Source: Candidatus Coprovivens sp.
GTDB lineage: Bacteria > Bacillota_I > Bacilli_A > RF39 > UBA660
Direction of reading: 5' to 3'
Length of the DNA: 64,000 bases
Assembly: GCA_051886175.1 (NCBI GenBank)
Contig: JBJEXV010000051.1
Span: 11,239-75,238, forward strand
Shown: positions 45,547 through 55,275 of the stretch, piece by piece
Numbering within the stretch: position 1 is the first letter of the stretch
How the letters are laid out: each line of letters begins with the position of its first letter
The notes under the pieces: generated by a model
The model's input: only the letters and a program-made list of their open reading frames with translations
Told to the model about the DNA's origin: nothing
Database searches by the model: none
Program-made: the position numbers and the translations under genes

Positions 45547-46434
45547 TTAGAAATCTAAATTAATACTTTGTTTATATTCATCTTTCCCAAATAAACGTTT
45601 AATAACATTAACAAATCTTTTTCTTTCTTGCTCTACATATTCACAAGCAGTAATAATTGGTGTTCTACTATGGAAACTACTCATATAAGGATTTTCTAAT
45701 ATTCTATCCATATATTCAGTAGCTTTAGTACTAGTAGTATCAGTAGTACCAACTAAATCTAAAGATTTATATTTTTCTTTTGGTTTAGCATATAAAGCAA
45801 ATGCATCACTATATCTCTTTAACTTTTCTTCAGTAATTTCAAAATAACCATAAGTAATTAATTCAGCAGCTAACTTTCTTCCTTCTTCATTTAAATTCAT
45901 GAAATAACCAGGTCTTGGAGTAGCCATATTAACACTATATCTAGGTTCTTCAAAATATCTTTCGAATCTGTTTTCTTCTGAAATACAGAATTGTCTAAAT
46001 GTTGGATCTAAAATATATTTTTTAGAAACAGTTTCACCATTAACAACAGTAGGAATATAAACCATACATAATTGGTGAATTTGTGGAGCATTAACAACAC
46101 TACCCATATTAAATTGTTCTACTTTAAATCCCATCTTAGTTAATAATTCATCAGCAACTTGTGCTGCAGGAGCACATCTACCTTTAAAACTAGCACATAA
46201 TGGAGATTCAAGTGGATTAACAACTTGACATCTAATATAGAATGTAACCCAGTTTAAGAACATAGGAATATATTGTTCTGGCATCCAATGATTGATTCTA
46301 TGGAATTCTTCAAGTGCAGCTACATCAGCAACATTAATATATTCATTATATGCTACTGCATCAAATAAGAACTCAACCTTATTCTCAGGATCAATGTTTT
46401 CGTATTCTTTAAAATCTTTATATAACATTTTCAT
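45547..46434 (-). CDS. Hypothetical protein with transglutaminase-like Cys-His-Asp signature; tentative
   Basis: KGRCAPAAQVADELLTKMGF, IHQLCMVYIP and KKYILDPTFRQF have spacing like the transglutaminase-like core. The start may be the second ATG at 46428. Confidence 0.45.
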   Translation of the reverse strand: MKMLYKDFKEYENIDPENKVEFLFDAVAYNEYINVADVAALEEFHRINHWMPEQYIPMFLNWVTFYIRCQVVNPLESPLCASFKGRCAPAAQVADELLTKMGFKVEQFNMGSVVNAPQIHQLCMVYIPTVVNGETVSKKYILDPTFRQFCISEENRFERYFEEPRYSVNMATPRPGYFMNLNEEGRKLAAELITYGYFEITEEKLKRYSDAFALYAKPKEKYKSLDLVGTTDTTSTKATEYMDRILENPYMSSFHSRTPIITACEYVEQERKRFVNVIKRLFGKDEYKQSINLDF

Positions 46435-46486
46435 CTACCTCAATTCTAGTTAATTATATCATATATTTCTAATAAAACGTATTAAA

Positions 46487-46732
46487 TTATTTATTCTTAC
46501 TTTCGATATTTTGTAATTCAAATCTATATTCCTGTTCAACATTTGGATATTTTTCTCTATCTACAGGAGATAAGAACATCTCAAGTGGTCTTGCATATAA
46601 TTGATTATCCCCATATAAAGCTCTATAAATAACTAATTTACTATCATCTTCACTATATTGAGCTAAATCCTCAACTAAATATAAATCTCCTTTAAAATGC
46701 TTATAAACACCCTTAATTTTTAATTCTCTCAT
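46487..46732 (-). CDS. DUF1653-family protein
   Basis: 81 aa. [33 protein letters not shown] matches the DUF1653 signature. AGGAGG RBS. Confidence 0.72.
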   Translation of the reverse strand: MRELKIKGVYKHFKGDLYLVEDLAQYSEDDSKLVIYRALYGDNQLYARPLEMFLSPVDREKYPNVEQEYRFELQNIESKNK

Positions 46733-46833
46733 ACTAAAATCCTCCTATATTTAGTATAGCACGATATAGAACAAAATTTGACCATTTTTTCCATATATTC
46801 TATAATTTAAGTAGTCAAAAGAGGGGTTTTACA

Positions 46834-47781
46834 ATGACTAAAGAAGAATTACTTGCACATCAAGAAGAAATAAAAAGAATGATGTTAGGTTATAAACATA
46901 ACATAACATTTGTACCGGGTAAAAATACTATTTTAATGACGACTATAGATCCGCTTATATCTAAATTGCCCGAAATCACATCACCAGAAGAAACACTTAC
47001 ATTAGAAGAAGTAATATCTGGTTCAAAAGAATTCTATGATAAATATTTCACATTACATGACGTAAGATATTTATCTCAAGAAACACTACAAGCCAACCAA
47101 GCTAATATACCAGCTGCAACAGGAGCACAAACTGCTAGAAACTATAACAGTTTATTAACTACAATAAATCCATTTGAAATACCAGTTGTATTAACAAAAG
47201 GACATTCAATGTTAGGTGAAATACAAAAACCATTAATTGTAGCACCAGATAAAGAATACATTAATGCAGTAGAAGTACCATTTGCGCGTATTGTATTAGG
47301 TGATAAATTAACTAGATTATCTATTGCTACACATGCTCATGAAACAGCACATTCACAAACAGAAGGAATTAAAGGATACGCGGAAGACTATTTCAATAAA
47401 GAAGTTATTTCAATCTTTATGGAAAAACTAGCAGCATTAGAAATAGATCCAACTGGCGAATTACTAAGATTAAGTGAAAGAAACAGATTTAGATATATAA
47501 GTGAATTAAAACTATTATTACTAAATCCAGAAATGGCAATGCGATTTAATGCAACAAAAGAACAAATATTAGAAGCACAAATGTATATTCAATCTACATT
47601 ATATGCAACTAAATTATTTGATGAATATCAAAAAGCAAGAAAACCAAAAGATAAACAAAGAATTATTGATGGTATTCAAGCTGTATTCGACGGAAGAATA
47701 ACAGTTGAAGAATTGTTAGCAAACCGTGGAATAACATATGGCCAAATCAAAGATACATCACTAATAAGAAGACATATTTAA
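46834..47781 (+). CDS. Hypothetical protein with an HExxH motif (putative metallopeptidase)
   Basis: The single HETAH in ATHAHETAHSQTE is the only support. 315 aa. Confidence 0.4.
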   Translation: MTKEELLAHQEEIKRMMLGYKHNITFVPGKNTILMTTIDPLISKLPEITSPEETLTLEEVISGSKEFYDKYFTLHDVRYLSQETLQANQANIPAATGAQTARNYNSLLTTINPFEIPVVLTKGHSMLGEIQKPLIVAPDKEYINAVEVPFARIVLGDKLTRLSIATHAHETAHSQTEGIKGYAEDYFNKEVISIFMEKLAALEIDPTGELLRLSERNRFRYISELKLLLLNPEMAMRFNATKEQILEAQMYIQSTLYATKLFDEYQKARKPKDKQRIIDGIQAVFDGRITVEELLANRGITYGQIKDTSLIRRHI

Positions 47782-47836
47782 TTGACAAAAATACCTTGTT
47801 AGTGTAGTATATCGGCCAAGAAACGGGGTTTTTTAA

Positions 47837-48736
47837 ATGTCGACTTATGAGGAAATTAATAAATTTCTAAGTCAATTCAAAACAGATTCATATAATAGAG
47901 AACAAATTGGTAACAACAAACAATTAATTATCAAAACATATGAATATGTAACAAAATTTAATGTTTACAAGCGTCAAGCAGAAACAATTATAAATAATAT
48001 AGCTTACTTAAAAAAAGATTCAGTAAATATTCCTATTTACTTAGAATTATTAAGTAAATCTATTGGTTACTTAGATATATATAAATTAAAAGATGTAATT
48101 ACAGTAGTAAAACAAATACATGATATATATAATGTTAATGCAAATAGAATAGAATTAGATGAATATATTCATGCAACTGATGATGAAAAAACAAGAAAAC
48201 TATTCTTAACATTAAACAATAAATACTTAAATAGATCATTTATTACTGAAGATGTTCTACCATATGTTAATGACTTAAAATTTGCATTAGCAGTAGAATT
48301 ATCAAACAAAGAATATCAAGACTTTATTAATTACATAGATAACTTTGAAAACTTCCAAAATACTTACTCACCATTAATGATGTATAAAACATACTTAAGA
48401 GTAAGAGGAAGTATAAAAGATTTATCTAGATTATTCTGGGACTTATTCTTTGGTAACGAATATATGGTTGCATTAGTAAAACATAATGTTTCAATAAAAA
48501 ATGTTCATGGTAAACCATTTAATACTAAAACAAATAAAGTTTATAACCATGAACAATTAGATTTATCTGATAATCAAGGTAAATTCCAAATAGCAACTAT
48601 ATTCAGTAGTAAACTAATAACTGACTATGAAACAGAAAAAGATATGTTAGATTATTATGAAAGATTATCTAAATATAATACTGAAACTATAGTCTTACCA
48701 AAACTAAAAAATAATAGTAATTATTTATATCAATAA
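47837..48736 (+). CDS. Hypothetical protein (299 aa)
   Basis: Long ORF with an RBS-like GGGG. No motif recognised. Confidence 0.55.
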   Translation: MSTYEEINKFLSQFKTDSYNREQIGNNKQLIIKTYEYVTKFNVYKRQAETIINNIAYLKKDSVNIPIYLELLSKSIGYLDIYKLKDVITVVKQIHDIYNVNANRIELDEYIHATDDEKTRKLFLTLNNKYLNRSFITEDVLPYVNDLKFALAVELSNKEYQDFINYIDNFENFQNTYSPLMMYKTYLRVRGSIKDLSRLFWDLFFGNEYMVALVKHNVSIKNVHGKPFNTKTNKVYNHEQLDLSDNQGKFQIATIFSSKLITDYETEKDMLDYYERLSKYNTETIVLPKLKNNSNYLYQ

Positions 48737-48761
48737 GAGAAGTACTAACTTCTCTTTTTTT
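48737..48761 (+). terminator. Rho-independent terminator
   Basis: GAGAAGT / ACTTCTC followed by T7. Confidence 0.7.
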
Positions 48762-48799
48762 ATGATTTATGATATCATTTATAATAGGAGTGATAATAT

Positions 48800-49210
48800 A
48801 TGAGCCAAGGTATTATAGATAGATTACTTGAAGAAGCTAAAAGTATAGCAAATTCAAACTTTTGCTGCAATCATTCAAAATATACAGTAGGAGCAGCATT
48901 ATTAACAAAAGAAGGAAAAGTATACAAAGGATTTAATGTTGAAAACGATGGAATTCAATCTATATGTGCTGAAAGAGTAGCATTCGTAAAAGCTCTTTCA
49001 GAAGGAAATAAAGAATTTCGATGTATCGTTGTAGTTGGTAAGGCACAAGATGCACCTAAATTCGTAAAAACATTACCTTGTGGATATTGTCGTCAATTCA
49101 TGAGTGAATATGTTAAAGAAGATTTCTTAATATATGCATATGATGAAGCAAAAGATGAAGTATATGAATATAAAATAACTGAATTATTACCAGAAGGTTT
49201 TAATTTATAG
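48800..49210 (+). CDS. cdd: Cytidine deaminase
   Basis: CAERVA and PCGYCRQF zinc-ligand motifs. 136 aa. Confidence 0.93.
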   Translation: MSQGIIDRLLEEAKSIANSNFCCNHSKYTVGAALLTKEGKVYKGFNVENDGIQSICAERVAFVKALSEGNKEFRCIVVVGKAQDAPKFVKTLPCGYCRQFMSEYVKEDFLIYAYDEAKDEVYEYKITELLPEGFNL

Positions 49211-49223
49211 GAGATGTGATTTT

Positions 49224-50012
49224 ATGGAAAATAAAGAAACAATGTATCATATTGGTTTAAGTAAAAAAGACATAAAAGGAGCTAAATATGCTATCTTACC
49301 TGGAGATCCAGGAAGAGTAAGTTCTATAGCTAAACATCTTAAGAAAAAAGAACTCCTTAAAGTACAAAGAGAATATACAAGTTACTTAGGTGAACTAGCT
49401 GGTGAAAAAGTACTAGTTATCTCAACTGGTATGGGTGGACCTTCAGCAGCAATATGTGTTGAAGAATTATCACAAATCGGAGTAGAAAACCTAATAAGAG
49501 TAGGAACATGTGGTGGAATGCAACTAGATGTTAGTGCTGGTGATATTATCGTAGCTCAAGCAGCAATAAGACAAGAAGGAACAAGTAAAGAATACGTTCC
49601 AGTTGAATTCCCAGCAGTAGCTGACTTCGACTTAACATACGCATTAAAAAAAGCTGCTGAAGAACTAAAATACCCACACCATGTAGGAATAGTACAATGC
49701 AAAGATTCATTCTATGGTCAACATAGTCCACATAGAATGCCAGTTTCATACGAACTAGAAAACAAATGGAATGCTTGGATTAAAGCCGGAGCTTTAGCAA
49801 GCGAAATGGAAACAGCATCAGTATTTACTGTAGCTAGTGTTCTAAGAATGAAAGCCGCTGCAGTATTACTAACAGTATGGAATCAAGAAAAAGAAAAAAT
49901 AGGGTTGCCTCAAGAAACAACATTCGATACAGAATGTGCAATTAAAGTAGCAGTAAAAGCTATTGAAAACGAAATAATGAGGAGCAAAAAGAATGGACAA
50001 AATAAAAAATAA
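49224..50012 (+). CDS. udp: Uridine phosphorylase
   Basis: It aligns along its length with E. coli Udp blocks (YHIGL, ILPGDPGRV, STGMGGPS, RVGTCG, EFPAVADF, SFYGQ). Confidence 0.88.
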   Translation: MENKETMYHIGLSKKDIKGAKYAILPGDPGRVSSIAKHLKKKELLKVQREYTSYLGELAGEKVLVISTGMGGPSAAICVEELSQIGVENLIRVGTCGGMQLDVSAGDIIVAQAAIRQEGTSKEYVPVEFPAVADFDLTYALKKAAEELKYPHHVGIVQCKDSFYGQHSPHRMPVSYELENKWNAWIKAGALASEMETASVFTVASVLRMKAAAVLLTVWNQEKEKIGLPQETTFDTECAIKVAVKAIENEIMRSKKNGQNKK

Positions 50013-50505
50013 TATAGAACACAACCTACCAATATATTTATTAATTATTGCAGTAGTTGTAATATTTTGTATTATTACATTTATTGGTAACAAAAATACT
50101 TCTGAAACAGTATCATTCGATACATCGTCATTCAACATAGTTACATCAAAAGATGTCTTAAAATTCTTAGATGAAAAAGAAGCAAGAATGATAGTTATCG
50201 GATCAAAAAAATGTAGTGCAACAGAATACTTTGTACCAATAATGGAAATCTCCCAAGCTAAAGGTGAATACACAATTAACTATTTAGAACTATTAGATGA
50301 AAATCCTAATTCTTCCGAATACAAAGAACTTGTTAACAAGTTAGATATCGTAATCAACTACGAGGGAGAAAAAAAAGAATTAAAAGAATACATGGGTTCA
50401 ACACCTATGATAATAATTATAAAGAATAAAAAAATAGTATATGGTACAGTTGGAACAATAAGTGAAAATGCTTTAAACCAACTTGCCAGCACATACGGGG
50501 TGTAA
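49993..50505 (+). CDS. Membrane-anchored thioredoxin-fold paralog lacking the second active-site Cys
   Basis: Same architecture and C-terminal GSTPMIIIIKNKKIVYG as 17200..17820, but CSAT replaces CSYC. It overlaps udp by 20 nt. Confidence 0.6.
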   Translation: MDKIKNNIEHNLPIYLLIIAVVVIFCIITFIGNKNTSETVSFDTSSFNIVTSKDVLKFLDEKEARMIVIGSKKCSATEYFVPIMEISQAKGEYTINYLELLDENPNSSEYKELVNKLDIVINYEGEKKELKEYMGSTPMIIIIKNKKIVYGTVGTISENALNQLASTYGV

Positions 50506-50506
50506 T

Positions 50507-50929
50507 ATGAAGAGAGTTAGTGGAAGAGCCGTAATATTTGATGGCAAAGATGTTCTGCTAATGTTTCGTCGTCGCCTTGCAAATGGTGTTTTCAAAGAAT
50601 ACTATGCCATACCTGGTGGAATGCAAGAGAAAAACGAAACAATAGAAGAATGTATAATAAGAGAAATAAAAGAAGAATTCCAAATAGATATTGAAATAAT
50701 AAGCTATTTAGGAAAAGTAGAAGATGTTGAAAATATCGGTTACATATATAGTGCTAGAAAACTATTTGGTAATCCAGTTCTTGGTGGTGAAGAACTAGAT
50801 GAAAACTCTACTAACAATTACTATGAAATCAGAAAAGTAAATATAAATGATATTGATTCAATAGAATTACTACCAGAAAATAGAGAATTAATAAAAAAAG
50901 CAGCTCGTGCTTTATACTTAATAAAATAA
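50507..50929 (+). CDS. NUDIX hydrolase
   Basis: Nudix box GGMQEKNETIEECIIREIKEEFQI. ATG 50507 is preferred over the ORF-track start 50483. Confidence 0.85.
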   Translation: MKRVSGRAVIFDGKDVLLMFRRRLANGVFKEYYAIPGGMQEKNETIEECIIREIKEEFQIDIEIISYLGKVEDVENIGYIYSARKLFGNPVLGGEELDENSTNNYYEIRKVNINDIDSIELLPENRELIKKAARALYLIK

Positions 50930-50951
50930 GCGTCTAAGACGCTTTTTTTTT
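50930..50951 (+). terminator. Rho-independent terminator
   Basis: GCGTC / GACGC followed by T9. Confidence 0.7.
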
Positions 50952-51005
50952 ATTTGATAAAAAACCAACATTTTTATATAATAAAAATGAATTAAGGTGA
51001 TTTAT

Positions 51006-51842
51006 ATGAACAAACAAACTGATATCGAAAGAAGTATTATAAAAACATATCGTAAAGACATTTGGGTTAAGTTTATTCATGCTCTAAAAGATTATGAATT
51101 GATTAATGAAAATGACAAAATTATGGTATGTATTAGTGGTGGAAAAGATTCATTTCTACTAGCTAAATGTATACAAGAATTAACTAAACATGGTCAAATA
51201 AAATTTGATGCCAAATATGTAGTAATGGATCCTGGTTATAAAAAAGAACATCTAGATAAAATAATTGCTATGGCCAAGTTATTAGGAGTAGATATAGAAA
51301 TATTCCATACAGATATCTTTGAAGTATCAACATTCTTAAATGAACAATCACCATGTTATATGTGTGCTAGAATGCGTAGAGGACATTTATACAATAAAGC
51401 ACAAGAACTAGGATGTAATAAAATTGCTTTAGGTCATCATTTTGATGATGTAATAGAAACTTTATTACTAAGTATGTTCTATGGAGCAGAAATAAAAACT
51501 ATGTTACCTAAATTACATAGTTCAAACTTTGAAGGATTAGAACTAATCCGTCCACTATATTACATAAAAGAACAATCTATAAAATCATGGGCTAAACATA
51601 ATGAACTAGATTTCATAAACTGTGCTTGTAAATTCACAGAAAAAAATAATACAAACTCAGGAACTAGTAAAAGAGAAGAAATCAAAGGCGTAATAAAAAA
51701 CCTTAGAACACTAAATCCTAATATTGATGATAATATATTTAGAAGCTTAAAAAACGCTAACATAGATGCTCTATTAGGATATAGACAAAATGGAGAATTA
51801 CATTCATTTTTAGATGATTATGAAAGTAAAACAGGTGAGTAA
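51006..51842 (+). CDS. PP-loop ATPase, tRNA 2-thiocytidine synthase TtcA-like
   Basis: PP-loop CISGGKDS, Cys motif PCYMCARMRRG, and ALGHHFDD. Confidence 0.82.
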   Translation: MNKQTDIERSIIKTYRKDIWVKFIHALKDYELINENDKIMVCISGGKDSFLLAKCIQELTKHGQIKFDAKYVVMDPGYKKEHLDKIIAMAKLLGVDIEIFHTDIFEVSTFLNEQSPCYMCARMRRGHLYNKAQELGCNKIALGHHFDDVIETLLLSMFYGAEIKTMLPKLHSSNFEGLELIRPLYYIKEQSIKSWAKHNELDFINCACKFTEKNNTNSGTSKREEIKGVIKNLRTLNPNIDDNIFRSLKNANIDALLGYRQNGELHSFLDDYESKTGE

Positions 51843-51843
51843 T

Positions 51844-52527
51844 ATGAACCAAGAAAACATTGCCAAAAAAATAAAAGAATTACGTAAAGAACATAATCTA
51901 ACACAAAAAGAATTCGCAGATCTTTTTGGTGTTACTTACCAAGCTGTATCAAAATGGGAAACAGCTAAAAACATCCCTGATATAGCTATCTTAAAAGAAA
52001 TATGTAAAAAATATGATTTAGATGTAAACGAATTCTTAGAAATAAAAAAATATAATAAAAAACATCCATTACCATTCATATTAATAATAATATTCTTAAT
52101 ACTATTAACAATATTATTAATTGCAATAGCAACAAGAGATGAATTTACATTCCAACAACTAACAACTGATTGTGAAGAATTTGATTTACTAGGTAGTGTA
52201 GCTTACAACAAAGATAAAACAGCTATACATATTTCAAATATAGAATATTGTAAAGATGAAGAAATAATATACGATGAAATAACATGTGTATTATATGAAG
52301 AGTCAAAAGGTAATAAAATAAAAGTAGAAGATTGTAATATAGAAAATAATAAAAATATAAACTTAAATGATTATCTAAATGAATTAAATATAATAATAGA
52401 TGATTATAAAACAACATGTAATTCATTCTTAGATTCAAAAATGTACTTAGAAATAAGTGCTGTAAAAGAAGATAAAACAACAACATATAAAGTTCCATTA
52501 ACACTTGATGGAACTTGTACAAAGTAG
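51844..52527 (+). CDS. XRE-family HTH protein with TM anchor and extracytoplasmic domain
   Basis: IAKKIKELRKEHNLTQKEFADLFGVTYQAVSKWETAKNIPD, then the TM segment PFILIIIFLILLTILLIAI. Confidence 0.82.
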   Translation: MNQENIAKKIKELRKEHNLTQKEFADLFGVTYQAVSKWETAKNIPDIAILKEICKKYDLDVNEFLEIKKYNKKHPLPFILIIIFLILLTILLIAIATRDEFTFQQLTTDCEEFDLLGSVAYNKDKTAIHISNIEYCKDEEIIYDEITCVLYEESKGNKIKVEDCNIENNKNINLNDYLNELNIIIDDYKTTCNSFLDSKMYLEISAVKEDKTTTYKVPLTLDGTCTK

Positions 52528-52534
52528 GTGAAAT

Positions 52535-53572
52535 ATGAAAAGAGTACTAATAGGTATGAGTGGTGGAGTAGATTCCTCTGTTGCAGCATACCTACTACAA
52601 AAAGAAGGCTATGAAGTAGTTGGTCTAACTATGTCCTTATTTAATTCAAATAAAGAAGAAGGATGTACTTCTTCAAAAGCAGTAGAAGATGCTGCAAAAG
52701 TATGTCAAAAACTTGGTATAGAACACCATGTAGTAGATTATAAAAAAGATTTTAAATGTCATATTATTGATTACTTTATTAATAGCTATCTAAATGCTGA
52801 AACACCAAACCCATGCGTTGAATGTAACAAATTTTTAAAATTTGGACTTATGTGGGATGAAGCAAAAAAACTAAATTGCGATTATATCGCAACAGGTCAC
52901 TATGCAGCAATAATAGACAACAAACTATGTCGTATAGATTCACCAAAAGATCAAACATACTTCTTATATCAAATAGATAAAGAATTATTAAATAAAATTC
53001 TATTCCCATTACAAAACTATACTAACAAAGAAGATATTCGTCGCATAGCAGCATCAATCGGGTTAGAAGTACATGATAAAAAAGATTCACAAGATATATG
53101 TTTCATCGAATCAAATGATTATACTAAATACTTAGAAGAAAATATTGATAAATTACCAAACAAAGGTAACTTTATCTTAAAAGATGGAACAATTATCGGT
53201 GAACATAAAGGAATAATCTATTACACAATAGGTCAAAGAAAAGGACTAGGTATCTCATACCAACATCCACTTTATGTAACTAATATAAATAAACAAACAA
53301 ATGAAATAACACTAGGAACAGAACAAGACTTATATAGTACACAAATAGAAATAACTAACATAAATATCTTAGTAGATGAAATACCATCTAATGCTCAAGC
53401 AAAAATAAGATATCGTTATGAACTAACACCATGTACTATAAAACAACAAGATGAAGATACATTACTAATTACATTTTCTGAACCAGTTAAATCAGCAACA
53501 ATAGGTCAATCATTAGTAATATATGATAATAACGTATGTATTGGTGGCGGAAAGATAACTAATATAAAATAA
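52535..53572 (+). CDS. mnmA: tRNA-specific 2-thiouridylase
   Basis: GMSGGVDSSVAA PP-loop, NPCVECN, ATGHYA and KDQTYFL blocks. Confidence 0.95.
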   Translation: MKRVLIGMSGGVDSSVAAYLLQKEGYEVVGLTMSLFNSNKEEGCTSSKAVEDAAKVCQKLGIEHHVVDYKKDFKCHIIDYFINSYLNAETPNPCVECNKFLKFGLMWDEAKKLNCDYIATGHYAAIIDNKLCRIDSPKDQTYFLYQIDKELLNKILFPLQNYTNKEDIRRIAASIGLEVHDKKDSQDICFIESNDYTKYLEENIDKLPNKGNFILKDGTIIGEHKGIIYYTIGQRKGLGISYQHPLYVTNINKQTNEITLGTEQDLYSTQIEITNINILVDEIPSNAQAKIRYRYELTPCTIKQQDEDTLLITFSEPVKSATIGQSLVIYDNNVCIGGGKITNIK

Positions 53573-53580
53573 AAAAGATA

Positions 53581-54228
53581 TTATTCACTAATATCTTTTT
53601 TTAATTCCTTAATTCTATTTGCTACATCAGCTGGATTATATTCCTTAAAATAAAAACCATCCATATCTTTAACACTATTATATAATTCTAAAGTCTTTTC
53701 TAAATATCTTAAAGCTTCTTTACTATTATTTTCTCTAAAATAAATAACACCTAACCAATTACATGCACAACATAATGAATCATGATAATTCTTACTTGAA
53801 TCATTTAAATACTTATTACCTAAATCAATAGCTTTATCAAAATATATCTTAGCTCCGTCTATCATACTTACTTGTACAAAAGATAAAGCATTAAGAATAA
53901 GAATATCAATCATTAAATTAAAATATGGATTATTCTTTTTCTTGCCAACTTTCTTTTCTAACTTCTCAATTAATAAATCAGAAACTGGTTTCATTATTTC
54001 TAAATTATTCATATTTAGAGTAATATTAAATATCTCTCTATAAAAATAATTAACATAATCAATAGTTAACTTATTATCTAAATTTTCAGCTTTACTTAAA
54101 GCATCATCAAAGAATAATAAAGCTCCACCAAATACATTAATTATATCTTCAATTTCAGTAAGATTACTTAAATTAATTTTTACATTATCAATAACACGAT
54201 TCATTTTAGAATAATTGAATTTATACAT
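53581..54228 (-). CDS. Hypothetical helical (TPR-like) protein
   Basis: 215 aa. Repeated helical hairpins ending in ALRYLEKTLELY. ATG 54228 follows AGGTGAT. Confidence 0.5.
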   Translation of the reverse strand: MYKFNYSKMNRVIDNVKINLSNLTEIEDIINVFGGALLFFDDALSKAENLDNKLTIDYVNYFYREIFNITLNMNNLEIMKPVSDLLIEKLEKKVGKKKNNPYFNLMIDILILNALSFVQVSMIDGAKIYFDKAIDLGNKYLNDSSKNYHDSLCCACNWLGVIYFRENNSKEALRYLEKTLELYNSVKDMDGFYFKEYNPADVANRIKELKKDISE

Positions 54229-54307
54229 AATTATCACCTATAAAAATTATAACACAAACATCTATGTAAACACCATATATATGTTGTCATATATCGTGTT
54301 CGTTATA

Positions 54308-54336
54308 TTGACAAAGAAATGTAAAAATATTATACT
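54308..54336 (+). promoter_or_regulatory. Sigma-A type promoter (TTGACA-17 nt-TATACT)
   Basis: TTGACA at 54308-54313 and TATACT at 54331-54336. A second extended -10 element, TGATATAAT, lies at 54342-54350. Confidence 0.65.
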
Positions 54337-54395
54337 GAAAATGATATAATAGGTTAATAAATAGAAGATAAATATCAAGAAAGATGGTGCTTAAT

Positions 54396-55154
54396 ATGGC
54401 ATGGGATTTTACAGTTGATAGTGATATTCAACTAGATATGGCTAAAATGCTAAAAAATAAAGCAGATGAATTAGATACACAATTTGCAAATCTTTATACA
54501 CAAATTGGACCTAGTAATTTAGGAACACATTGGGTAGGTAGTGATTATGATGCGTTTAATGTAGGATGTGAAGGCTATAAACAAGCACTACAAGATATGA
54601 CAGATTCTATTCGTATGTATGCTGATCACTTTGAAAGTGTAGCAGAAGGAACAGATGCATTATCTTCAATGTGTATTTCAATAGTACAAAATATGACAAC
54701 TCGTGGTGATGCCTTACCAGGTGGTCAACTACCAGTTGCTCCAAATATGAATTATCCAACAGGTGGTAATCCAACAAGTGGAACAAATAGATTCAAGGGT
54801 GGAAACACTCAAAATAATACTCGAAGTGGAACTTATACAAATCCATCAACAGTTTATGGACCACCGCCAACATCAAACCAAAATGGTTACATAAATGGAC
54901 CATCAACGGTATATGGCCCTCCAACAAGAGTAAACCCAAATAGTGGAACACAATATGGTGGAGGAATATCAACAGTTTATGGACCAGCTCCAGTAGATCG
55001 TGGAACAATCATATACCCAGATCGTGGTAGTTCAAGCTATATACCAATCTCAACTGTTTACGGAGCACCAGTAAGAGGCGGAGGAAGTACAACAACTCAA
55101 ACAATCTCCAAAGTATATGTTGCACCAGCAAATGATGACATTAAAAAAGTTTAA
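54396..55154 (+). CDS. WXG100-like N-terminal domain fused to a Gly/Pro/Asn-rich tail with five (S)TVYG(P/A)P repeats
   Basis: HWVGSDYDAF has W-x-G at 54531-54539, in the turn between two predicted helices about 100 aa long. The repeats are at 54843, 54900, 54966, 55047 and 55104. Confidence 0.55.
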   Translation: MAWDFTVDSDIQLDMAKMLKNKADELDTQFANLYTQIGPSNLGTHWVGSDYDAFNVGCEGYKQALQDMTDSIRMYADHFESVAEGTDALSSMCISIVQNMTTRGDALPGGQLPVAPNMNYPTGGNPTSGTNRFKGGNTQNNTRSGTYTNPSTVYGPPPTSNQNGYINGPSTVYGPPTRVNPNSGTQYGGGISTVYGPAPVDRGTIIYPDRGSSSYIPISTVYGAPVRGGGSTTTQTISKVYVAPANDDIKKV

Positions 55155-55157
55155 TTA

Positions 55158-55186
55158 TAAAAATCACGTAAACACGTGATTTTTTC
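55158..55186 (+). terminator. Rho-independent terminator
   Basis: AAATCACGT / ACGTGATTT followed by a T-run. Confidence 0.75.
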
Positions 55187-55275
55187 TTTCTTAAACCAGA
55201 TAAAACCTAAATTATTATTGTATTTTAACTTGATTTAATATAAACTTAATATTAGTGGAAGGTAGAGGTAGTAGC

